Source: an uncultured Bacilli bacterium
Lineage (GTDB): Bacteria; Bacillota_I; Bacilli_A; RF39; UBA660
Reading direction: 5' to 3'
Assembly (NCBI GenBank): GCA_947629815.1
Contig: CANRFG010000005.1
Span: forward strand, 1-59,482
DNA length: 59,482 nucleotides
A program made the translations under genes and the position numbers. Below, in pieces: positions 40,551 through 48,874 of the stretch (positions are counted from its first letter, which is position 1; each line of letters starts with the position of its first letter). The notes under the pieces were generated by a model. It worked only from the letters and a program-made list of their open reading frames with translations, was not told the origin of the DNA and ran no database searches.

Positions 40551-40699
40551 TAAAAAATAAGAAGATAATACTAATAATATTTGGAATACTTACTTTACCT
40601 TTTACGATACCATTATTGCAAACAATAGGAAACATTATTTTTGAAGGTGGGAGATTAGTAGGTAATTTTATTAGGGCTTATTCTGGTATATGCATATAA
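40538..40699 (+). CDS. 53-aa hydrophobic peptide C lacking a GG leader; its C-terminal half resembles peptide B (candidate immunity/third component)
   Basis: MSVIVKNKKIILIIFGILTLPFTIPLLQTIGNIIFEGGRLVGNFIRAYSGICI; overlaps the end of peptide B by 13 nt; weak RBS. Confidence 0.65.
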   Translation: MSVIVKNKKIILIIFGILTLPFTIPLLQTIGNIIFEGGRLVGNFIRAYSGICI

Positions 40700-40778
40700 C
40701 AAGCTTTTAAGCTTGTTTTTATATTTATAGTTAATTTTATGTTTATATATAAAAATACATTGTTTTTTTAAATTTTGC

Positions 40779-40807
40779 TTGTAATATATAAAAACAAATG
40801 TTATAAT
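40779..40807 (+). promoter_or_regulatory. SigA promoter of rpsU
   Basis: TTGTAA-N17-TATAAT with TG extension. Confidence 0.7.
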
Positions 40808-40836
40808 ATTAGCGTCAGAGAAGGGAGGGATTATCA

Positions 40837-41031
40837 ATGTCTACAGTAGTTGTAAGAAATGGAAATGTTGATAGTGCATTGCGTACTATGAAACAAAAAA
40901 ATGCTAAAGATGGCCTCCTAAAACGCGTTAAAGAAAGAAGCGAAGGTTACATGAAACCTGGCGTAAAAAGAAGAAAAGCAAAAAAAGAAGGAATCAAAAA
41001 CAGTCGTAGGAGAGAAAGAATGTATAATTAG
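40837..41031 (+). CDS. rpsU: 30S ribosomal protein S21
   Basis: VVVRNGNVDSALR..K...Y.KPGVKRRK; upstream of yqeY. Confidence 0.9.
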   Translation: MSTVVVRNGNVDSALRTMKQKNAKDGLLKRVKERSEGYMKPGVKRRKAKKEGIKNSRRRERMYN

Positions 41032-41073
41032 AACCAACCTAGTAAGGTTCTTTTTTTCAAAGAAAGGTGAAAT

Positions 41074-41514
41074 ATGAAAGAAAAAATATTAATAGATTTA
41101 AAAAATGCAATGAAAAATCAAAATAAAGATTTATTAAATGTAATAAGAATGGTTAAAGGTTCTATCCAAATGGAAGAAATAAAAGTAAAGCATGAACTTA
41201 ATGATGACGAAGTAATTACAATTATTGCAAGAGAAATAAAAACAAGAAAGGAATCTATTAAAGAATTTGAAAAAGGAAATAGACAAGATTTAATAGATAA
41301 AACAGCAAAAGAAATAGAAATACTTAATAAATATATGCCAGAACAATTAAGTGAAGAAGAAGTAAAAAAAGAAATAGATAAAGTAGTAGATGAATTAAAA
41401 CCTACATCTATTTCTGATATGGGAAAAGTAATGGGAAAATTAACTTCAATCTTAAAAGGAAAAGCAGATTTAGGTTTAGTAAATTCTATAGTAAGAGAAA
41501 AATTAAATAAATAA
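41074..41514 (+). CDS. yqeY: GatB/YqeY domain protein
   Basis: DLKNAMK...K.RKESI.EF.KGNR.DL...YMPEQLSEEE...DMGKVMG..KGKAD. Confidence 0.92.
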   Translation: MKEKILIDLKNAMKNQNKDLLNVIRMVKGSIQMEEIKVKHELNDDEVITIIAREIKTRKESIKEFEKGNRQDLIDKTAKEIEILNKYMPEQLSEEEVKKEIDKVVDELKPTSISDMGKVMGKLTSILKGKADLGLVNSIVREKLNK

Positions 41515-41910
41515 AAAATTTTATAAAAATATTTGTTAGTAAAAAATAGTTTGAAAAAAGGTTAAGAAAATGGATGAAATGTTTTATTCCATAAATTAAC
41601 CTTTTTATTATGAAATAATGAAAATTTATTAGAAACTTATAATCTAATAAATTATTAGAAAGTGTAAAAATTAAAATTCTTATAATTTAAGAAAAGATTT
41701 GGAACATAAAATAGGTGATAGTGTAGTTGTTAAAGATAATACATTAAATTATGAACATGTTGATGAAAAGAATTATTAAGTTAATAAAATAGTTCCTTAG
41801 GTATTTTATATATATTTTTAGAATAAAGTATTAAGAACATTATAATTACATAATATTTTGTTTTTTATAATCAAAAAGTGATTCAAATAAAAAAAATTAT
41901 AACAAAACAC

Positions 41911-42025
41911 TTGAAAAAACATATAATTATGATATAATGTTTTTGGCTTTTTTAATACACACGAACATGGATTTTTATGTCTAGTGCCTTTTAGGTGGTG
42001 TAAAATTAGAAATGTTCGGAGGATA
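41911..42025 (+). promoter_or_regulatory. rpsB promoter and S2 ribosomal leader RNA
   Basis: TTGAAA..TGATATAAT, then ACACAC-GAACAT...ATGTTC-GGAGG, the closing stem typical of rpsB leaders. Confidence 0.7.
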
Positions 42026-42045
42026 ATAACAAAAGGAGGAAAAAT

Positions 42046-43080
42046 ATGACAGTTGTGTCAATGAATTATTTATTAGAAGCTGGAGTTCATTTTGGACATC
42101 AAACAAAAAGATGGAATCCAAAAATGAAAGAATATATTTTTACATCAAGAGATGATATATATATCATAGACTTACAAAAAACAGCTAAAAAAATTGAAGA
42201 AGCTTATGCTGCATTAAAAACAATTGCAGAAAATGGTGGAAAGGTTTTATTTGTAGGAACTAGAAAACAAGCTAGTGAAGCTACAAAAGAAGAAGCTTTA
42301 AGAAGTGAATCTTACTATGTTAATGAAAGATGGTTAGGTGGAACTTTAACTAATTTTAGAACTATAAGAAAAAGAGTTAAAAGATTAGAAGACATCGAAA
42401 AAATGGAAGCAGATGGAACATTTGATGTATTACCTAAAAAAGAAGTAATCAAATTAAGAAAAGAATACGACAAATTAAATAAAGTTCTATGTGGAATTAG
42501 AGATATGGTTAAATTACCAAGTGCCTTATTTATAGTTGACCCTTCAAAAGAAGAAATCGCTATAAAAGAAGCAAGAATATTAAATATTCCTGTATTTGGT
42601 ATAGTAGATACTAATTGTGACCCTGATATGGTAGATTATGTAATACCAGGAAATGATGATGCTATTCGTGCTGTTAAACTAATTATTGGTGTTATGGCAA
42701 ATGCAATAGTAGAAGCTAATGGTGGTAAATTAGTAGACTATGTATCAGCTGATTCACAAAAAAATATTAATCCAACAGAAATTATGCAAAAAGCTGTTGA
42801 TTCAGTAAAGAAAAAAGAAGATAGACAAAAAAGATTCGATGAACATAAGCAAAAAAACGATAAAAAACCATTTGAAAAAAAATCATTTAACAAAGTAGAA
42901 AAAGAAGAAACAGAAGAACCTAAAGAAGAAAAAGAACCTGTTAAAAAAGAAAAAGCCGTTAAATCAAAAACTGATTTATCAAAATTAACAGTATCTGAAC
43001 TTCGTGAAATGGCAAAATCAAAAGACATTAAAGGTTATTCTACAATGAAAAAAGCCGAATTAATCGATGCTTTAAAATAA
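42046..43080 (+). CDS. rpsB: 30S ribosomal protein S2 with a charged linker and C-terminal Rho-N-like (helix-extension-helix) domain
   Basis: [44 protein letters not shown]; tail [34 protein letters not shown]. Confidence 0.97.
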   Translation: MTVVSMNYLLEAGVHFGHQTKRWNPKMKEYIFTSRDDIYIIDLQKTAKKIEEAYAALKTIAENGGKVLFVGTRKQASEATKEEALRSESYYVNERWLGGTLTNFRTIRKRVKRLEDIEKMEADGTFDVLPKKEVIKLRKEYDKLNKVLCGIRDMVKLPSALFIVDPSKEEIAIKEARILNIPVFGIVDTNCDPDMVDYVIPGNDDAIRAVKLIIGVMANAIVEANGGKLVDYVSADSQKNINPTEIMQKAVDSVKKKEDRQKRFDEHKQKNDKKPFEKKSFNKVEKEETEEPKEEKEPVKKEKAVKSKTDLSKLTVSELREMAKSKDIKGYSTMKKAELIDALK

Positions 43081-43133
43081 ACTTTAAGATGATTTTATAA
43101 TCATCTTTTTAAATAAAAGAAAGGGTGGAATAT

Positions 43134-44009
43134 ATGATAACTGCAAGTTTAGTAAAAGAATTAAGAGAAAAAAGTGGAGCAGGAATGCTTGATTGCAAAA
43201 AAGCACTAGAAGCTAGTAATGGTGATATAGACGCTGCAATGGATTATTTAAGAGAAAAGGGTATTGCAAAAGCTGCTAAAAAATCAGATAGAATTGCAGC
43301 AGAAGGAACAGCAGCAATTTTAATAAAAGACAATTCAGCTGTAATAGTTGAAATGAATTCAGAAACAGATTTCGTTGCAAAAAACGAAGAATTCAAATCA
43401 CTTGTTGATACAATAATGGAAACAATAATATCAAGTAATGCAAAAACAGTAGAAGAGGCTTTAGAACTTAAAACAAATAATGGAACAATAAATGAATTAA
43501 TAATAAGTAAAACAGCTACTATTGGAGAAAAATTAAGTTTAAGAAGATTTGAAAAATTAGAAAAGAAACAAGATGAATATTTTGGTTCTTATATACATAT
43601 GGGAGGTAAAATCGCTGTTTTAACACTTCTACAAGGTTCAAATGAAGATGTTGCGAAAGATGTTGCTATGCATGCAGCAGCTATGAGACCATTATATGTA
43701 AGAAGTAGCGAAGTACCTGCTGATGTTCTTGAAAAAGAAAAATCAATTATGAGAGAACAATTAATTAATGAAGGAAAACCAGAAGATAGAATAGATAACA
43801 TATTAGTTGGAAAAGTAAACAAATATTATGAAGAAGTATGTTTAGAAAATCAAATATATGTAAAAGCTGAAAATAAAGAAACTGTTTCAAAATTCGTTCA
43901 AAACAATGGAGGAACAATCGTTAATATGGTTCGTTACGAAGTTGGAGAAGGAATGGAAAAAAGAGAAGAAAATTTTGCAGAAGAAGTTGCAGCTCAATTA
44001 AAAAAATAA
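43134..44009 (+). CDS. tsf: Elongation factor Ts
   Basis: ITASLVKELREKSGAGMLDCKKAL, NSETDFVAKN, RYEVGEG..K.EENFAEEV. Confidence 0.97.
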   Translation: MITASLVKELREKSGAGMLDCKKALEASNGDIDAAMDYLREKGIAKAAKKSDRIAAEGTAAILIKDNSAVIVEMNSETDFVAKNEEFKSLVDTIMETIISSNAKTVEEALELKTNNGTINELIISKTATIGEKLSLRRFEKLEKKQDEYFGSYIHMGGKIAVLTLLQGSNEDVAKDVAMHAAAMRPLYVRSSEVPADVLEKEKSIMREQLINEGKPEDRIDNILVGKVNKYYEEVCLENQIYVKAENKETVSKFVQNNGGTIVNMVRYEVGEGMEKREENFAEEVAAQLKK

Positions 44010-44016
44010 ATTAAGT

Positions 44017-44046
44017 AAGAACAATAAAAAATTGTTCTTTTTTTTT
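44017..44046 (+). terminator. Terminator after tsf
   Basis: AAGAACAAT-N5-ATTGTTCTT followed by a T run. Confidence 0.75.
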
Positions 44047-44101
44047 AAAATTATATATTTTTTTATTCAATTAAATGTTAAAATAATATTGGTGATTTTA
44101 A

Positions 44102-44827
44102 ATGTTATATAATTCTACACAAAATAAAAAAATAAAAGAAATAAAAAAACTATACGATAAAAAATATAGAGAAAAAAATAACTTGTTTATTGTAGAAGGA
44201 AAACATTTAGTTATGGAAGCCTATAAAAATAATGTATTAGTAGAAGTATTACTAGAAGAAAACATAGATTTAGATGTAAATGTAGAAAAAAATTATGCAA
44301 CTTCAAATGTTTTAAAATATATAAGTAACCTTGATACTCCAAATAAAATTATTGGAATATGTAAAAAAATAAAAGAAAAAGAGATAGGAAACAAAATTTT
44401 AGTCTTAGATGATATACAAGACCCAGGAAATCTAGGAACAATAATAAGAAGCGCTGTTGCATTTAATATAGATACGATTGTTTTAAGCAAAAACACAGTT
44501 GATTTATATAATTATAAAGTTTTGCGAGCAACACAAGGTATGATTTTTAATACAAACATAATAACAAGAGATTTAACAGAATTTATTCCAAATTTAAAAG
44601 AAAAAAAATACAAAATAATGACCACAAGAGTAAATGGTGGAAATGATATAAAAAATGTTGAAAAAGGAGAAAAATTTGCTATAATAGTTGGTAATGAAGG
44701 AAAAGGGGTTAGTAAATCATTAATAGATTTAAGTGATGAGTATATTTATATAAATATGAATGAAAATTGCGAAAGCCTAAATGTTGCGGTAGCGACGAGT
44801 ATAATATTATATGAGTTAAGTAGGTGA
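44102..44827 (+). CDS. TrmH/SpoU-family RNA methyltransferase
   Basis: IQDPGNLGTIIRSA, VGNEGKGVS, ESLNVAVA. Confidence 0.92.
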   Translation: MLYNSTQNKKIKEIKKLYDKKYREKNNLFIVEGKHLVMEAYKNNVLVEVLLEENIDLDVNVEKNYATSNVLKYISNLDTPNKIIGICKKIKEKEIGNKILVLDDIQDPGNLGTIIRSAVAFNIDTIVLSKNTVDLYNYKVLRATQGMIFNTNIITRDLTEFIPNLKEKKYKIMTTRVNGGNDIKNVEKGEKFAIIVGNEGKGVSKSLIDLSDEYIYINMNENCESLNVAVATSIILYELSR

Positions 44828-44831
44828 AATC

Positions 44832-45326
44832 ATGGAATATATATATGTTGGTAAAATAGTTAATACACATGGAATTAAAGGCGAATTAAGAATAATCTCT
44901 GACTTTAAATATAAAGAAAAGATATTTTTAAAAGACTTTAAACTATATGTTGGAAAACAAAAAGAAGAATTAATTATTAAAAACTATAGAAAACATAAAA
45001 TATATGACATGGTTTTATTTTATAATATAAATGATATAAACGAAGTTTTAAAATATAAAGGAGAAGATGTTTACATAAACAAAAATGATATAAAAGTAGA
45101 TGGATATTTTAATGAGGATATTTTAGGACTTACTGTATATTCAAAAGATAAAAAAATTGGAACTGTTACAAATATATTAACAACAAAAGCACATGAAATA
45201 TTGGAAATAAAAGATGAGGATAAAAAATATTTAGTACCTAATATAAGTCAATTTATACAAAAAATTGATTTAGAAAACAAAAAAATATATATAAATGAAA
45301 TAGAAGGTCTTATAAATGAAGATTGA
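44832..45326 (+). CDS. rimM: Ribosome maturation factor RimM
   Basis: VGKIVNTHGIKGE; upstream of trmD. Confidence 0.92.
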   Translation: MEYIYVGKIVNTHGIKGELRIISDFKYKEKIFLKDFKLYVGKQKEELIIKNYRKHKIYDMVLFYNINDINEVLKYKGEDVYINKNDIKVDGYFNEDILGLTVYSKDKKIGTVTNILTTKAHEILEIKDEDKKYLVPNISQFIQKIDLENKKIYINEIEGLINED

Positions 45327-45984
45327 TGTTTTAACATTATTTCCAAAAATGTTTGAAGGCTTTTTATCTGAGTCAATAATAAAAAGAGCGCTAGAAAAAG
45401 AACTTGTAAAAATAAATATTCATAACATTAGAGATTATACTTTAGACCCACATAAAAAAGTAGATGATTATGGTTTTGGTGGAGGAAAAGGTATGGTTTT
45501 AATGCCACAACCAATTTTTGATGCAGTAGATAAATTAAAAACAGACGATAGTTATATTATACTTATGACTCCACAAGGAAATACATATAGCCAAAAAAAA
45601 GCATATGAATTAACAACAAAGAAACATATAATAATTATATGTGGTCATTATGAAGGATTTGACGAAAGAATTAGAACACTTGCAAATGAAGAAATAAGCA
45701 TAGGTGATTATGTTTTAACCGGTGGTGAAATTCCTTCAATGGCAATAATAGATAGTGTAACAAGATTAATAGATGGTGTTATAGAAAAAGAATCTCATGA
45801 AAATGATTCCTTTAGTGATAATTTATTAGATTATCCTGTTTATACAAAACCTGTTGATTTTAGAGGAATGAAAGTACCAGATGTATTATTATCAGGACAT
45901 CATGAAAATATAAAAAAATGGAGATATGAACGCCAAATAGAAAAAACAAAACAAAGAAGACCTGACTTAATAGAAAAGAGATGA
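45316..45984 (+). CDS. trmD: tRNA (m1G37) methyltransferase
   Basis: IDVLTLFP, CGHYEGFDER, SIGDYVLTGGE, VPDVLLSGHH. Confidence 0.97.
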   Translation: MKIDVLTLFPKMFEGFLSESIIKRALEKELVKINIHNIRDYTLDPHKKVDDYGFGGGKGMVLMPQPIFDAVDKLKTDDSYIILMTPQGNTYSQKKAYELTTKKHIIIICGHYEGFDERIRTLANEEISIGDYVLTGGEIPSMAIIDSVTRLIDGVIEKESHENDSFSDNLLDYPVYTKPVDFRGMKVPDVLLSGHHENIKKWRYERQIEKTKQRRPDLIEKR

Positions 45985-46430
45985 ATCATATGAAAAAGGG
46001 ATATATTATATGCAAGGATAAAAAGGAAGGAAATATTATTTTAATTAATTATGAAAATATTGGTTTTAATATAAAACCTTTAAATAGAATAAATTATCCA
46101 GGAATTAAAGTTAATTCCATGGTAATATTAAATCAAAACTTTATAGAAAGAGTTTTAAAAAGAAAAATAAAAAGAAGATTAGATTTGTTTGTTAAATTAA
46201 TGATTTCTGTTCTAGAAGATGAAGATACAGACCCAGATGATGTAACAAAAGCACTTAATGAACTTTCAAAATATAGAAGCATTATAATAAATAAATATAG
46301 AAAATATTTAGATGAAAAATACATATCACTTTTACTTAAAAAACTAGATTTTTTAGAAAGAGAATTAAAACAAAAAATAATTTATATAGATGATTATGAA
46401 AGTGAAAAAGAAACAAGAAGAACAAGATAA
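45981..46430 (+). CDS. Hypothetical helical protein inserted between trmD and rplS
   Basis: 149-aa ORF with an ATGA overlap to trmD. Confidence 0.65.
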   Translation: MNHMKKGYIICKDKKEGNIILINYENIGFNIKPLNRINYPGIKVNSMVILNQNFIERVLKRKIKRRLDLFVKLMISVLEDEDTDPDDVTKALNELSKYRSIIINKYRKYLDEKYISLLLKKLDFLERELKQKIIYIDDYESEKETRRTR

Positions 46431-46441
46431 ATAAAAAACAC

Positions 46442-46520
46442 TTGCATATATTTAAAATGTATGATAAAATTTTTCATGTGATCCGCTGAGATTTATAATT
46501 ACTTATGATCGCTGTAAAAA
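46442..46520 (+). promoter_or_regulatory. rplS promoter and probable L19 leader
   Basis: TTGCAT-N17-TAAAAT with TG extension; GTGATCCGCTG...ATGATCGC resembles Firmicutes L19 leaders. Confidence 0.55.
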
Positions 46521-46536
46521 AAAAGGAGGCGTATTT

Positions 46537-46878
46537 ATGAATTTAGTTGAAAAAGTTACTAAAAGTCAAATTAGAACTGATATTCCAGAATTTCGTGTTG
46601 GAGATACAGTAAAAGTAGATGTAAAAATAATTGAAGGTAATCGTGAAAGAATTCAAGCTTTTGAAGGTTTAGTAATCGCTATTAAAGGAAGTGGAGTTTC
46701 AAAAAACTTTATTGTTAGAAAGTTATCAGGTGGTATAGGTGTTGAAAGAACATTCCCTATTAACTCACCAAAAATTGCTTCTGTAACAGTAATTAGAAAA
46801 GGAAAAGTTAGACGCGCTAAACCAGGAGCATATTTAAGAAATTCAGCAAAACAACCAAGAATAAAAGAAAGAAACTAA
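46537..46878 (+). CDS. rplS: 50S ribosomal protein L19
   Basis: [38 protein letters not shown]. Confidence 0.97.
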   Translation: MNLVEKVTKSQIRTDIPEFRVGDTVKVDVKIIEGNRERIQAFEGLVIAIKGSGVSKNFIVRKLSGGIGVERTFPINSPKIASVTVIRKGKVRRAKPGAYLRNSAKQPRIKERN

Positions 46879-46920
46879 TAGGGCATTATTGCCTTATTTT
46901 TCATATAAAAGGAGGATTTT

Positions 46921-47415
46921 ATGAAAATTATAAAAGAATTAATACCATATTTAATTATAATAATAGTAGTTATAATTATTAGATGTTTCATAGTAGAGCC
47001 TGTTAGGGTAAGTGGTAATTCAATGTATCCAACTTTAAAAGATAATGATATAGTTTTACTTAATAAATTTAATAAAAATATTAAAAGATTTGATATTGTA
47101 GTATTTCAATATGGCGATAAAAAATTGATTAAAAGAGTAATTGGACTACCTAATGAACATATAAAATATGTTAATGGTATTTTATATATAAACAATGAAA
47201 AAATAGATGATGTTGATTTGAAAGTTGAAACTGATAATTTTTATTTAGATGACTTAGGTTATGATAAAATCCCAGAAGGTTATTATTTTGTAATGGGAGA
47301 TAATAGAATACTTTCTGAGGATAGTAGAGTAATTGGTCTTATATCAAAAAAAGATATAAAAGGTGTTGGTGTTTTAAGAATATTTCCATTAAATCAAATA
47401 GGATTTGTAAAATAA
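46921..47415 (+). CDS. lepB: Signal peptidase I
   Basis: VSGNSMYPTL, LIKRVIGLP, VMGDNR..SEDSR. Confidence 0.93.
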   Translation: MKIIKELIPYLIIIIVVIIIRCFIVEPVRVSGNSMYPTLKDNDIVLLNKFNKNIKRFDIVVFQYGDKKLIKRVIGLPNEHIKYVNGILYINNEKIDDVDLKVETDNFYLDDLGYDKIPEGYYFVMGDNRILSEDSRVIGLISKKDIKGVGVLRIFPLNQIGFVK

Positions 47416-47416
47416 T

Positions 47417-48748
47417 ATGAATGGTGAAATAGGTTCTTTATCAAATAGACTAAAAATATATAAAAATAATGTACTAAGGAATAAGAAAAAAAAATTAAAA
47501 CTAGAAACCAAAAAACAAGTAATCATAATTAAACATAAAAAGAAATCTAAAATAAAAACATTTCTAATGGTGTTAATTGGTTTTATATTTGGATTTTTTG
47601 AAAATATAGCAAATAAAAAACAAGAATTAAAAAAAGTAAAAAGTGAAAATATCAAATATAATACAAAAGAAAATAAATTTGAATCAATATATAATAAAAA
47701 AATAAAACTTAATTATGTTAAATCTTATTCCAAAGATATACTTTATAAAAAAAATAAAATAACTTATATAAATAAAACTATAAAATTTGATAATAATGTA
47801 AAGTCAAAAGAAAATAAAAGTACATATAATAAAATAACCAATTATAATATTTTAAATAATACCAACAAAAATTTAATTAAAAAAGAAGACAACAATATAA
47901 AACAAAACAATTTAAAAATAATAAATAAAAAAATAGGAATATATTCTAATAAAATTTTAAATGACAAAATAAAATTACATAATAATAAAATTGATACATG
48001 TGTAAAAATAACAAAAAAAGGAAATGACAATATACTTTTATCTCAACAACAAATGAAAAATAATAAAAATGTAAAAAATCAAAATGAAGTTCAAAATAAT
48101 TTAAAAATTAATAAAGAGAAAAACCAAGAAAAAATAAAACAAGAAAAAATACAAGAACAAATAGATAAAGAAGATGTAAAAAGAGGTATTGATATTATAT
48201 CTAAACAATTAAAAAATCAAAAAAAATTCATTGATAAAGAAATGGAGGTATTAAAAAAATATAAAGGGAAAATAAATGATAAATTAAAAATAAATTATTT
48301 TTCCATGTTTTTAAATAATACATTTAAAATGATACTTAGTTTTTTACCTATTTCTTTATTTCAAAATAAATTATTTGGTACTTTAGTAAGTACAATCCTT
48401 TTAAATAATTCAATTAAAACTATGAGAAATGAAATAAACTTAAAAAACAACGCAAAAATTATAGTTCCAAAATATCTAACAGAGATAGAAAAAGAAAGTG
48501 ATGTCATTAACTCTACATATGATATTTGTATAGATTCCCTAGAACAAATAGACTTATTAAAAACAGAGTTTACAATAAAAAATCACATGTATTCAAAAAC
48601 ACAAGAATATAAAGTCGCATTAGAAAGTTTAACTAACATTGAAACACAAATAAAAAAAACATTAGAAGAAACAGAAAAACTTATTAAAATGAAACAAGAA
48701 ATAGAAAAAAATACAAAGCAAAAAATATATAAAATAGTTAAAAATTAA
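47417..48748 (+). CDS. Lys/Asn-rich hypothetical protein with hydrophobic segments and coiled coils
   Basis: 443-aa ORF starting 1 nt after lepB; low complexity. Confidence 0.55.
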   Translation: MNGEIGSLSNRLKIYKNNVLRNKKKKLKLETKKQVIIIKHKKKSKIKTFLMVLIGFIFGFFENIANKKQELKKVKSENIKYNTKENKFESIYNKKIKLNYVKSYSKDILYKKNKITYINKTIKFDNNVKSKENKSTYNKITNYNILNNTNKNLIKKEDNNIKQNNLKIINKKIGIYSNKILNDKIKLHNNKIDTCVKITKKGNDNILLSQQQMKNNKNVKNQNEVQNNLKINKEKNQEKIKQEKIQEQIDKEDVKRGIDIISKQLKNQKKFIDKEMEVLKKYKGKINDKLKINYFSMFLNNTFKMILSFLPISLFQNKLFGTLVSTILLNNSIKTMRNEINLKNNAKIIVPKYLTEIEKESDVINSTYDICIDSLEQIDLLKTEFTIKNHMYSKTQEYKVALESLTNIETQIKKTLEETEKLIKMKQEIEKNTKQKIYKIVKN

Positions 48749-48874
48749 TAAAAAATATCTTTAATATGTAAAATTATGTATAAAATTGAATAAAATAATT
48801 GAAAACATAAAAATGATAGTATAGAATATATATAATAATTTATATATATTTTATTTTATAGATGGGGTGTAGTT

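Noticed and set aside
40655-40837. Minus-strand 60-aa ORF as a bacteriocin immunity gene
   Set aside because: It runs across the rpsU promoter and RBS; the + strand ORF 40538-40699 is better supported
41555-41780. Long hairpin and a short open frame (..DLEHKIGDSVVVKDNTLNYEHVDEKNY*) between yqeY and rpsB
   Set aside because: The hairpin is explainable as a terminator; the frame has no start or recognisable family, at most a decayed remnant
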